This document shows, one piece after another, positions 29,504 through 41,139 of a DNA stretch of 41,139 nucleotides (position 1 is the first letter of the stretch; every line of letters begins with the position of its first letter). The position numbers were made by a program, and so were the translations under genes. The DNA lies in assembly GCA_032718475.1 (NCBI GenBank), contig JAUCBJ010006935.1, positions 1 through 41,139 on the forward strand, in the 5' to 3' direction. The notes below the pieces were generated by a model. It was not told where the DNA came from. It made no database searches and saw only the letters and a program-made list of their open reading frames with translations. The DNA comes from Nemertoderma westbladi. Its lineage: Eukaryota; Animalia; Xenacoelomorpha.

Positions 29504-30260
29504 TACTAGTCTGGTTCCTTTTTGCCAAAATAATGATGGCGAAGGCAAATTCGGGTAATGGCTGGCATCCAACGGTTTTAAGCTAAATCGACTGTGCTGA
29601 TTCCGAATCCGTCTGATGCCAAGCTCAATTGTGAATTGTTGGGTCCCGTTTCACCATGGGCTAAAATCATGAAACATTCCAAATATATTGTCAATATGAC
29701 CCTCTATATTTTTAATGGTGGCGCCACAAAAATGGAATAGCAGTTGCCATGTATCCATGGAAACTAGCAAAAAATAACCTTGTACAATGTTTCATCACTT
29801 TACATATAGTTACTATCAGTTTAAAAAGAATTCCATTTAGGGTCAATTAATTACCTTACATGTTCATAACCCAAGACAATTATTTACTGTCGCAGCACGT
29901 CTTTTCTTATTACCATAGCAACGGGAAACATTTTGTAATATGTAGAATATCCGTCAGAAACATGTCGTATGTATTTCAGATGCATATCAATATGTTATAT
30001 AGTCAACATTCATGATCACAAGCGAAGTAATTATTTTATTGTTACCATAGCAACGGGCATATTTTATTATTTATGTATTTCCAATATCGTTTTGGTATTT
30101 TATTCGCTTTCGAGGTTAATAAATTAAGGATTTTTGATAATTAAAAGTATATGGGATCTTCTGTAGTTGTTCTATTTGACAAAGTCATGTTTTATGGTCA
30201 TAGCAACGGGAGTTTTCCTCCTAATCCGGGAACAAGGATCCGGGAGCGGAGGCGGCTTTA
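29504..30260. repeat. Probable interspersed repeat with recurring CCATAGCAACGGG motifs
   Basis: taccatagcaacggg at ~29911 and ~30043 with a variant at ~30197; CTAG at the left edge. Family not identified. Confidence 0.4.
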
Positions 30261-30479
30261 TTTGTATTTAATTTTAAATTAATTATTTATTTGTACTTTA
30301 TTTTAAATTAATTAATTGAATTACTTTTACTTTATACATTGATTTCTATTTTAATATTAATTAGTTTTTATATTACTAATGACATCATCATGACATAATG
30401 TCTATATTTAGCTCTATGGTATACAGCTCCCATACCGTTAACTTATAATCTTTCCTCTCGCGACCCCCTTTGTCTTCGT

Positions 30480-30660
30480 TATTCAATGGCGCCACTCTGG
30501 CTACTATTGAATAACATTGGGCAAACTTTATCTCGCCTTGTATGACGACATCAAAGCTGCTCTCTGATTGGTTTACTTATACATTCTTTTCTCCCTCCTA
30601 TCCCCCGATTGGCTATCCCATTCTATCCCCTCTACAATAGCCACCCGTTCACCGCATTCC
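30480..30660 (+). promoter_or_regulatory. Promoter-like region upstream of the unknown ORF
   Basis: Several ATTGG (reverse CCAAT) boxes at ~30516, 30567 and 30608, and an ATGGCG motif at ~30486. Confidence 0.35.
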
Positions 30661-30759
30661 CATTCATTGTCTCATTGTTTTCCTGAAAAGTTTTAGTTAT
30701 TTTCTTAAAAGTATTTATTTATTTTTATTTCCTAAACGAGTTACCGGTACACATTCACG

Positions 30760-31413
30760 ATGGCACATTCAGAAATCAGCTATTCAAACAACGATTTGGT
30801 TTCAAGCGAAAATCAGTTTATGCTACTAGACAACTCGTTTGGTCTCTATTTCGATTCGGCGAACAAACTCTTTCCGTTAACGATAAATACAACAATAAAC
30901 CAACCCATCCTGATTACGGCAAACTACACGCACTTTATTTTCCGTGCCTGCTACGAACTTCACGATGGACAATATCAAACTCTCGACGACAATAAACTTC
31001 ATTCCTCCAACCACGGTTTCAAACTTTTAAAAAGGGACAACAAAATAAAGTTCAATCTAACTACTTCGCCCGGGACGTTTACGACTAGTATAGTCGATTT
31101 TATTCGAGAAAACATCAACCAAGACATCGCAAATCGTTTACTGGGTTTAACCACTCTCGTAACCTCCTTCTTCTCCGATGACCGCTTATTCGATTTTCAT
31201 AGTATCGCAAACTCGATTCTTCTTCTCATCTGGAACTCGTCGACTCCGACCGAGGAAGAGGAGACTCGTTTCTTTAAACCTTTCGACAAGGATGTTCTCG
31301 CTTTCGGCGAGAAATTGAATGAGCTCACCTGCTTTTTCGCCAATAAAGTCTCCTACAGTATTACTTTGGGTTCAATTATAGAGTTGGCACCAATGGAAGT
31401 ATTAACCCAGTGA
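30760..31413 (+). CDS. Hypothetical protein (217 aa), probably the 5' part of a disrupted longer ORF
   Basis: ATG-initiated ORF in AT-rich DNA; no recognisable motif. Confidence 0.5.
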   Translation: MAHSEISYSNNDLVSSENQFMLLDNSFGLYFDSANKLFPLTINTTINQPILITANYTHFIFRACYELHDGQYQTLDDNKLHSSNHGFKLLKRDNKIKFNLTTSPGTFTTSIVDFIRENINQDIANRLLGLTTLVTSFFSDDRLFDFHSIANSILLLIWNSSTPTEEEETRFFKPFDKDVLAFGEKLNELTCFFANKVSYSITLGSIIELAPMEVLTQ

Positions 31414-31922
31414 AACCACTCGAGTTAATAAAGCTGGAAGACACTGTAAACAGTTCATGGATCACCTTTTCCGTCACCTGCGCCAATTTATTTCAACAAT
31501 ATGTAAACATCTGTCGCCCTTTTATTAATCCTACTACTCACCTCGTCCTAAAACCAGGCGATTGGGTTGCTTTTGACTATTGCACTTTTGGGTTTGTTAC
31601 AAATATTCAGAACGAGCGCAATTTAGCGATCACTAGTGGTTACGAGGTTGACGATGGAAAGGCTATTGTTTCTTCTCGGGGTATGATTCTTCTTACACCA
31701 ACCGAGGTAGCCAAATTGAAATGGTTCGATTCAACCATCGAGGATAGTGAATGTGTCTGCTACGATGAACTTAACGTCTACAAAGACAACATTTCCGAGA
31801 GAATATCGATACAAAGTTGTATCAGTGATTCAGAATTTGATTTACAGATAACCGAGAGAAAATTTAACGAATCCTTTACTATAGCTAACAGCCTAACACG
31901 ATTCAAGCGCGCGAGGCTCTAA
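31410..31922 (+). CDS. Hypothetical protein (170 aa), probably the frameshifted continuation of the preceding ORF
   Basis: Overlaps the previous stop (GTGA) and has no ATG start. Coding-like sequence continues with stops to ~32355. Confidence 0.45.
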   Translation: MKPLELIKLEDTVNSSWITFSVTCANLFQQYVNICRPFINPTTHLVLKPGDWVAFDYCTFGFVTNIQNERNLAITSGYEVDDGKAIVSSRGMILLTPTEVAKLKWFDSTIEDSECVCYDELNVYKDNISERISIQSCISDSEFDLQITERKFNESFTIANSLTRFKRARL

Positions 31923-33771
31923 TCAGATTCAAGGCTATGGCTATACAATTTGCTTTCAAACCAAAGCAGATTACAATCCCCAATCACCAACGTTATCTCA
32001 TAAATAACAATATTGCAGCCTTTATCTACTGTATAAGTTCAAAACCGAAAAATACGTCGGTATATGGCCCATTGCAATGAAAGACGAAGATACTACCACT
32101 TTTCAGTTCACCAACGGTCTCAATATTAGGGGCAGCGATGGAGCACCTTGGGTCTGGAATTCCCTTCTGTGTTGCTCAAAACCAGCTGCAGGCTAAATTT
32201 CACAGGAATTCCCCTTCCTCACAATTGAACTGTTAATTGGGAACTGTCGCACTATAGACAGACAGACAACATTAAGATGTATGTTGAGTGGAGTATGTGG
32301 ACTATGGGTGGATATCCGGTGGAAGTGGCCATTAACGTGGATTCAAGTGGAGTAGGTGGAAGATTATGGTAGAGCGTGACTGTATTTACATTTACAATGC
32401 ATATGGGCACATTCGCACATTATATTGGACTTTGGAATAATTTTATGTATAATAAAATATTTAATCAGTTAAACGATATAGTTGCGAATAGGAATGAGTT
32501 ATAAATATTTATTCTTGGTGTGTAACTGTTTCCCCTTAAGATATTATAGATTAAGATTATACATTATGTTTTAGTTTTAGTTTTTTACGTTGTCTATTTA
32601 TTATTTTTAACTTGCCAAATAGATGCCATGTCAGTTAGGTTCACCATTATTCTGTTGAATTAAACTGAAATCAAAAATATACTGATTCCACGATGTGATA
32701 AATGGTGTTAGGTGGGTAAAATGGCCAATAGGCAAACCCAAAGAATCCTTGCAATAAGACCCCCCCCCCCCCCCCCCCCAGCCGTATGTAGAAAATTACC
32801 TGAAAATAGTATGAATAAAATTCAGATATTACGCCCTCTCTTGTTAAATGTATAAAAGATAGAGTGTAGCTTCATATCCAGATTGTAGATAATAAAATGA
32901 GTCCTGAGTCCTGTAAGCAATGAACTGCAAGATGACATACTCGTTACCGGTACACATGCAGTATATAATCAGTCGCAGTCAGTCAGTAGTTACTAGTACT
33001 GTACGTACATCATAATATATGTACAGCTGTATGTACTGAGAGTTCTTAGATACTAGAGCTATTATACCTAGGGCCTCCATTCGCCTAGTACGTCCGTCTA
33101 GAGTTATTGTGAACAAAGAACCCCTAACATCCCCCCTCACAAACAATCATGAACTTAGTCTATACAGTAGTTTGTATTTACAGTATTTAATATATTTGAC
33201 TGATAAGTCTGGACTCTGGCAGGAGGCAATATCGTTTTCAAACAAACAACAAGATTGTTATCATACATACATAGCAGTCTGTATTCATAAACCGGCCTAG
33301 TCACAGCCACTAAACATATATCTATGTTATATACAGTATATAATACTGTCGTAGTATCCCTAGGCCTAGTCCGGTACTACTACGTGGTACCGGTACTACT
33401 AAGCTGTAAACATATATGTAAATCCTACTGTGCAGTTGTACCGGTATCCCTACTACAGTACTCAGTACTGCCAAGCTGACAGCAGTCTACATCATCACTG
33501 CTTCTTTTCATACAGTCTCAAGAGTATTCAATAAAATCCTAGTGTTATTTTAAAGGGGGTTACATAAGTTTGGCAAAGAGTTCTATACAGTTTCTCATTC
33601 CATCTGTATCATGATCAACATTTATGTATACAGTATTACTGATACTCGGGTCCATAGTATCTTTGATTGGGATGAACTACTGTATTCAGGTATTCATTTG
33701 CTGTATGAGGCTGCCAGTAACCGTGGTGAGTAGTGGGTGAGCTGTGTGGTGGTGTGGAACTGGGAATAGAG

Positions 33772-34469
33772 CTACATTGGAGCCCAGTGTATGGGGAGGT
33801 TGGCGGTGAGAATGTTGTGATCCATTGAACTTGGATGTAGAGCCTGAGGAACATTCCCTTCTCCATCTTCTGTGTCAGGTAATGTGGGCGGTCCAATGTA
33901 ACCAACTTCATCATTGTTGTGGTTAGCGTTCTGATCTGTAGAGATGAATTTATGAATAAAGTTTGACTTTATACTTGTGGCGTCGGAACTTGCGACCATT
34001 CTCATCTTCAAGCTCTAGACCATATTCGTCAATACGAGTTATACGATAGGGGTTCACTATGTAGATTGGATCATACTTGGAAGTGCGGGTCTCATCAATG
34101 ATAAGAACAAGTTGTCCTAAGGAAAAATATGATTCTTTGTGCTTCTTCGATTGGTTGACTTCCTTTTCATGCAGTTGCTTGGATTTAATATTTGAGTTCA
34201 TAGCCTTGTTGAGTTGGTGTTGTGAAATTACATTGCTAGGTACTGCATTGTGGTAAGGGTAACGAAACATTATCTCCACCAGAGACACACCTTTTGCAGG
34301 ATGTGGAGTAGACCTGTGAGTTGAGACATCCTGTTGAACTGCGTCTCTTATAGGTGTTTTATTATGATGTGCCATTTTCACTGCTTTTCCCAGGGGTTTC
34401 ATGAATGTTTCTATTGGGTTAGCACGTGGATTATAAGGATATGTTAGTTGATGTTGAATATCATGTTGT
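33772..34469 (-). pseudogene. Gypsy integrase C-terminal half
   Basis: QHDIQHQLTYPYNPRANPIETFMKPLGK...HRSTPHPA...; joins the sequence at 38196 once the CRE insertion is removed. Confidence 0.85.
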
Positions 34470-34528
34470 ATTGGATTGCCAACCTGTTCAACCAGTGGCC
34501 AACCTGTTTCTGTGGTGTATTGTTTGGG

Positions 34529-37500
34529 ATGTCACAAGGGTCTCAACGCTGCTGCCAGTGTGGCACCACCCCTGATGGTAGTTGCATAACGGGGCGGTGT
34601 GGTTGCCACAAACGTCGGCATCCTTGTATCAGTTGCGCACAGTTTCTCACCGGAGGATGCAGGAACGAGTTCACTTCCAACATTCACACATTGTCGCTGC
34701 TGTCGCAACCACCCATTCCGATAAACTTTTCCTCCCCGCACGAGACGTTGGACACCATGGAACGGACTGGTTCAAACAGCCAGCTTTCGTTCGACTCACT
34801 AAGCGAAACATTGGTACCTCAGTCAGGAAACGGAGACGACGGCGCCAGCCAGTCTACCATCAACCAAGACGGCCACATTCCGCCCACAGACCCTGTCCCC
34901 GACTGTCCTCGTCGCTCAGTGAAACCCACAGACGCCCCAACTGCCGGGGCAGCCGCCCAGGACACCACGACCTTTGGCAGTACATGGGCATCAGCGACCG
35001 AGAACCAAACGAACCCCGACCCACAGGACTTAATGACTAGGGCCTACGGGGCCCCATTGGTTGGAAAGGGAGCCGCCCCGGATCTCTTACTACACCAGTG
35101 GAGGCGCGCGCGCTACTCAGTTGATCGGGTCCAAATACCGTCTGCCTGGTGGTGCATTGGGGCGGGACTTTGTTGAACTGCTGGCCTCAGAGGCAACAGC
35201 CTTCCAGTCGCCGTTGCAACACAATGTGGCAAATGCCCGCTCAGAGCGTTTACTACTCACGGACTCTTACTACACCAGTGGAGGCGCGCGCGCTACTCAG
35301 TTGATCGGGTCCAAATACCGTCTGCCTGGTGGTGCATTGGGGCGGGACTTTGTTGAACTGCTGGCCTCAGAGGCAACAGCCTTCCAGTCGCCGTTGCAAC
35401 ACAATGTGGCAAATGCCCGCTCAGAGCGTTTACTACTCACGGACTCGCTTCTACTCCATCGCGACCCTAAAGAAACAAAGGTGGCCGACATCTGCCGTCT
35501 CCTCTCCCGAAGAATCGGTCTTTGGCGAGGCGGCCAAATGGAGGCCCTCCTGGAGTCTCTAAGAAGTTTGGTTCTGGCCATCGGGTCAGTCGTCAGCCGC
35601 CGGACAACGAGAAGGAACACACGATCCGTGTGTTTACCCGCCTTATGCTTGAGGGAAAAGTGCGAAGCGCTGTACGGTGGGTGACGGGCCGGGATTCTGG
35701 AGGCGTACTAGACCCCAGCGATGACGTGGAGGTTGGGGGAAACAAGGTCAATGTCCTGGACGTGCTCAGAAGTAAACACCCCTCAGCGGCGGCACCTCCG
35801 GTTGGTTCTCTACTGGATCTTGAAGATGAGCTACCGGTGCGAGTTGACGTCGACATAACGGCCACCCATATAGAGTCGACTGTCCGCCACCTCCACGGCG
35901 GGGCGGGACCTGCCGGTTCTGATTCCACCCGCTGGCAGGATTTTCTGCTAAGTTACGGGGCCCACAGCGAACGCCTACGCGAGGGAATTGCAGGCATCAC
36001 TCGCAGTCTGGCGAACTCAGTAGTCCCGTGGGAGTCCACACGTGCCCTCATGTCTGGCCGGCTCATCGCCCTTGATAAGTGCCCTGGAGAGCGACAATTG
36101 GGATTGGCGAATGCCTCCGCCGGATCATTGCACGAGCCATGGCGCAGACTACTGGCGACGACGTGACAACAACTTGCGGGGCTGAGCAGCTATCAGCCGG
36201 GACGTCCGCGGGAGTCGAGGCCGCCGTCCACACGATGGCCGACATCTTCGAGGAGCGGGCCGACGATGGTTGGGGGGTACTCCTGGTAGACGCCTCCAAC
36301 GCATTCAACTCACTGAATAGGGTGGCAGCGCTGTGGAACGCCCGTCGTTTATGGCCAAGGTGTTCCTTGTTCTTATTCAACTGTTACTGAGGATACAGTA
36401 TATTGGTTGTGAGAGGAACAGATGCGATATTATTCAGCGAGGAGGGAGCCATACAGGGGGACCCGCTCACCATGCTGTTCTACGCAACAGGGGCCCTACC
36501 ACTAGTCCGATGCCTGCGTTCCTCGAAGACGCGACAGAACTGGTTTGCGGACGACTCGGCTGGTGCTGGGAGACTCGTGGACGTCCTGGAGTGGTTCCTT
36601 CAGCTCAAAGCCAACGGCCCAGCACTTGGTTACAAGCCGGAACCATCCAAGAGCTACCTGGTAGTGGAGCCGGCTTTTATGGAGGAGGCCAAGTGGATCT
36701 TCACGGGCCACTCCATCAACGTGGTTACTGGCCACCGCTTCCTCGGGGGTTTCCTGGGTGGAGTGTCTGACAGGACGGCGTTCGTGGGGGCCAAGGTAGC
36801 TGCATGGGTCGACGCAGTAGACAAGCTGTCCGAGATGGCAGCCGAACAGCCGCAGGCTGCGTTTGCGGCCATGGCCTGCTCCCTCCAGAGGGAGTGGGCC
36901 TACCTTCAGCGGGTCACACCAAACTGCAGCGACCAATTCCGAATCCTCGAGGAGGCCATAGCCCAGCGTGTTCTGCCAGCCCTACTCTGAGGCGAAATAT
37001 CCGCTAACGAACGCCGGCTGTTCTCCTTGTCCCCCCGCATAGGAGGGATGGGCCTACGGGACCCTATAGTGGAAGCTACTCCTTCCTACGACACATCCCG
37101 GGCCGGAACTCAGTCCCTCAGCCGGGCAATCATCGGGGTTGAACCCTTCTCCCTGGTAGATCACCTCGCTTGTCTTCAGGGGGCTCGCAAAGTGGGGCGA
37201 ACACTACAGCTTGCACGGGTGGACACCGGGTTCAAGGAGGCGATCGAAGATATGTCACAGACCCGACGACGCACAGTACAACGAGCTGTTGACTACCGTA
37301 CCAGCGGCTGGATTTCCTGTCTCCCCCATGCAGAGCATCACCTCGACCTTTCTCCTCGTGAGTTCCGGGATGCGGTGGCCATCCGCTATGGTCGGCCCCT
37401 CGCCTCGGTTCCGAGCCAGTGCGATGGGTGCGGGGCCCCCTTCGATCTTAACCATGGGTTAAATTGCAAGAAAGGAGGTCTCGTCATCCAGCGCCACAAT

Positions 37501-38039
37501 GAGCTACGGGACGTTGTGGGCGACCTGGCGGCGGCGGCGTTTGGCCCCGCAATGTTACTTGCGAGCCGGTCGTTCGGGAGCAGCAGGGGGTCGACGGAGC
37601 TTCTGGTCTTCGGTGTGACGTGGGCATTCGGGGGGCGTTTAACCCGCAGACCCAGGCGTTGATCGACATCAGGTTGGTTAACCTTGACGCCGGGTCTTAT
37701 GCGGGGCGCTCCCCGATGTCAGTCCTCGAGTCAGCCGAAGACGAGAAGAAGCGGCTCTACTCCGACGCAGTCTGGGCGCGGCGTGGCGACTTCTCGCCAT
37801 ACGTTGCCTCCTGCGACGGAGTGTTGGCCCCCCAAGCGGACAAGCTCCTCAGGACCATTGCCCAGAAGCTCCACCGGAGGTGGGGGAGACCCTACAGCAT
37901 GGTGATGGGGTGGGTCCGTACCCGGGTCCAGCTGGCTATCATACGCGGGGCTTCCCATTGCCTTAGAGGGTCGCGGACGAAATGGCGTAGCGGGCTCGGG
38001 CTGGACGACGGCGCTGGGATACCAGGTGGCTTTGTGTGA
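34529..38039 (+). pseudogene. CXC-like + RT + CCHC + RLE ORF of copy 2, with several frameshifts and stops
   Basis: MSQGSQRCCQC; IGIGE, VDASNAFN, QGDP, WFADD, RFLGG, CDGCG..HGLNC, RHNELRD, LRCD, IDIRL. In-frame TGA at ~36388 and ~36988; frameshifts near 35105, 35560, 36090 and 37550. Confidence 0.9.
35084..35446. repeat. Exact 180-bp tandem duplication inside CRE-like copy 2
   Basis: ctcttactacaccagtggagg... starts at 35084 and again at 35264. Confidence 0.95.
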
Positions 38040-38195
38040 CAGGTGGTGTTGGTGCTAGTATTTTGCTAATTGATTAACAAACGTTTTGCTAAAACATTTT
38101 GCTGTGTGGTATTGTATGTAATAAATCTATCGTGCATTTATTAGTTTACAGAAATTATTAATAATAAAATCTGATTTATCAGCATATCATGTTGT

Positions 38196-40631
38196 TTCGA
38201 ATAGTCCGTGAATGTTTTGCCAGTAAAGCATTTACCATTATCGGAGACATGAGTGTCAGGGTAACCATACTGTTGATATATATTATCTGTTGCTTTCACA
38301 ACATTCATTGAAGTATGAGCAGAAATGATTTGTGCTGCAGGGAAACGAGATAATTGATCTTGGGCTACTAAGATATGGTATTGGTTGTCAGGCACCAAAG
38401 AGATCCAAGCTCAAAATCTTCCCTGTATATTTGGGGGGTGGTAGATGTGCTTGAGGTTCCTTTATGGTCTTTTTCACAAACATCAAACAATCGTGACAAG
38501 ACACAATATAATATTTGACCTTTTGATTCATATTGGTATACCAAAAGTGGTTCCTCAAGCATTGTAGTGTACGATCGACGCTGGGATGCACTTCATCGTG
38601 AGCCAGGAGAATGGCTTTAACTTGGAGAGAAGAGGGTAAAACGATCCAGTCCCCTCTATAAATGATGCCATTGATGATAGTAAATTCATTCCAAATATTA
38701 TGGAAGTTCCAAGCCAAAACCGTTTTGTCAGGATATTGAGACTTCAGGATAAGATCTTGTATGTGAGAAAGAACCTTGTCTTTGGTGTTTGCAGATTTTA
38801 TCTTGCCTTCGCCAATAGCTTCTATGTATGGGGTTGACCTGAGCATATATACCAGTTTTGTATACTGCTTTGTTTCCTTCTGTTCATCCTTAGGTCTCGT
38901 TTTGAGTGGTTCAGAATGTCGGCTGAGGTAATCTGCAGGATTGGAGCTACCCTTCTGAAATACAACTTTGTATGAGATATCTTGGTGCCTCATTCGTATC
39001 CACTCAAGTCTGATAGAACCACTTCAGTTCCCATTAAAGATGGCCACTAAAGGTTTGTGATCATTGATGATTGTCACTTCTCCAGCCCCAACAATATTGT
39101 TGCAGAATTGGCGAAGACCATAATCAATGGCCATTCCCTCCAGATCAATTTGTGGATATTGTTTCTCAGCATCTGTTGTTGCATGACCATGCATTGCAAC
39201 TGGCAACGCATTATCTATGCTGTTTCCCTGTGTTAATATTGCTGCTAAACCTGATGAATGTGCATCTACAAATATGTAGGTCTGTTAGAGAGAGTTGAAG
39301 AAACATAGGACTGTATCCTGTTTGTAAAGTTCCTTAAATTGATCAAACTCAAGTTGTTGTTCCTTACCTCAATGGAACTGTGCGTGCTTCTTTGTTAGTT
39401 GGTGTAAGTGGCGTGTCTGCTTTGCTAAGTTGGGGATAAATTCTGACTGTGATTGTACCATGGAAAGGAAAGATTTAAATTCATCTTTGTTTGTGGGTGG
39501 TGTCGCCTTGTCCAAGGCTTGTACCTTTTCGGGGTCATGAAATCATATTGCCTCAGAACTTGATGCTACGCTGCGCAAACGAGCATTTACTTGGGTTTAG
39601 GGTGAGTCCATTAGTCTATAGAATAACAAGAGCATCTTCAATGGCCCGGTAGTGTTCATTGACAGATGGGGTGGTGATTACAATATCATCATGAATGGTA
39701 TGGATGAAAGGATGGGTTACAAATAATGGTGTTAGCACACTGACACAGTTTAGTTCACCTGATGCTGGTAATGTTCCCATAGTGAGACGCTTGTCTTAAT
39801 TGGTTTGAATGCTTGGCTTGATTTTAACAGTTTCCCGCATAGAATACTGTCGACTGGCTTCATCCAACTCCAGTTGATGAAATGCTGATTGTAGATCAAG
39901 TTTGGTGAAGACTGTGCAGCCGTTGAGTTTAGCTTTTATATCTTTGACCCGTGGAATGGGAAGTTTAGTGTCCTTAATGGCTTTGTTGGGTAGACGTGCC
40001 GTGCATCTACTGTTACTTGGATGCGTCCATCATCTTTTGGAGTCAACACAACATTTGATAGCCATGTTACTGGCCCATGGTGTTCCTCTATGACATCATT
40101 ATCCTCCATTTCCTTTATTTCCCTATCAAAGAGGGATTGAAGGTGGTATGGAATGGTTCTTTGTGGTTGAGCTGCTGGGCGAATATCAGGATTAACATGG
40201 AAAAGCAACTGATGCTTTTTCATTTTACCCAGACCTTGAAAGACTGTAGGATGTTTCTGAATTAACTGTTGTGTATATCCATCCACTGTAGTACTATAGG
40301 ATTTCGATTAGGAGGCTGATGTGGTTTGTTGAGTATCATAGGATTTCTGATCAGAAAATCGACCTACTTCCAGGAGCTCTGCATCCTTCCCAGATAACAG
40401 GGTTTCCACATTAGCGTCAATTACATACCATGTGGATGGGATTGATGTAGTTCCATATTGCAGACGACCAGTATATTTTCCAATTGTATTCATGGTCCGT
40501 GGGCCATATGGTCGAATATGCATTGATGATTTAAGCAGTTTCAGTGCTAGTTTCTCAGCAGTTGCGTACCTCAGTATTGGGAAATACGTAATACGCGACA
40601 CACGTATTTGTTTATATCCAGTCATGGACAT
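38196..40631 (-). pseudogene. Gypsy pol relic: protease C-terminus, RT, RNase H, integrase N-terminal half
   Basis: ORFs 40308-40631, 39936-40286, 39024-39206, 38388-38993 and 38141-38398 are frameshifted pieces. Confidence 0.88.
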
Positions 40632-41139
40632 TTCCAGACATTGGTTTCGCTGGGGTCTTTAGATCCCTCCTAGGTGTGAAAAGGTTATTAAACTCTTAAT
40701 GTGGAAATCGCTCGCCCTCTAGCGACGCTATTCCCACTTCTGAAGCATACTACCAAGCTTCAGCGTTTTCGGTATTGTCTGGTAACCAGTAGTGTACCGT
40801 GTTGATAGGTTACTACTGCAGTGCCGCCAGTATTTTTCGTACCACACATACATCAGTACATAATTTCATACCTATATGATATAGATTCGCATTACTGCAT
40901 TATTATACAGATATACAAGGTTTCAGTCAGTCAGATAATTATTACTTTTCTCCTATCTGCCTGTCTCACTGTATTTGATGGAATCATTGTGCGTTGTGGG
41001 AAATACTAAACAGCTTAACGTCAGCAAACAACAGACTATCACATACGCCGCTTTATACCAGACAATCAAGATTAGGCTTTTCATCTTATTTCTGACGTCA
41101 TTAACCCGACGTCTGGCGTGTGATCGTCACACTTAATAA

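Larger units (their letters stand above)
34470..38183 (+). mobile_element. CRE-like non-LTR retrotransposon with restriction-like endonuclease, copy 2 (decayed)
   Basis: Perfect 12-bp TSD ATATCATGTTGT (34458-34469, 38184-38195). Same domain layout as copy 1. Confidence 0.92.
32865..40640 (-). mobile_element. Degenerate Gypsy/Ty3 LTR retrotransposon (Mag/K02A2.6-like pol), 5'-truncated, interrupted by CRE-like copy 2
   Basis: Domain order PR-RT-RH-INT on the minus strand: VFQGLGKMK, WLSNVVLTPKDDG, FTKLDLQSAFHQLEL, IHDDIVI, YPQIDLE, DHKPL, NPADYLSR, HHCC finger, DQLSRFP, SDNG, HRSTPH. PPT GAGGGGGGA then TGTTAG at 33129. The LTR distal end is uncertain. Confidence 0.85.

Noticed and set aside
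40680-41139. Further host exon or Gypsy gag
   Set aside because: No Ig-like or gag-like translation with plausible splice sites was found.

Overview
This window is AT-rich animal (metazoan, probably invertebrate) nuclear DNA. A minus-strand host gene runs through it: six GT-AG exons splice in frame into three tandem I-set Ig domains of the titin Z-disc/kettin/palladin type. Its introns and flanks are packed with nested mobile DNA. LTR elements: the 5' half of an apparently intact BEL/Pao element (gag-protease ORF of at least 1544 codons, missed by the ORF track because it runs off the edge), an internally deleted BEL/Pao relic, and a decayed Gypsy/Ty3 pol. Non-autonomous DNA elements with visible TSDs: two nested hAT-type, a TTAA Kolobok-type and a 9-bp MULE-type; there is also a Helentron-like HINE. 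The window also holds a tRNA-His gene and a 51-bp minisatellite. Three things stand out. (i) Two divergent, TSD-flanked CRE-like RT+RLE non-LTR retrotransposons start with a 9-Cys CXC-like domain, lack poly(A) tails, and each sits inside another transposon. (ii) About 28 copies of an in-frame 8-aa Pro-rich repeat are wedged between the QGDP and YADD motifs of one RT. (iii) An intronless PH-like + CARD-like ORF is nested antisense in the host intron, 60 bp behind a MULE-type MITE. All family calls come from motif recognition by eye; no database search was run.
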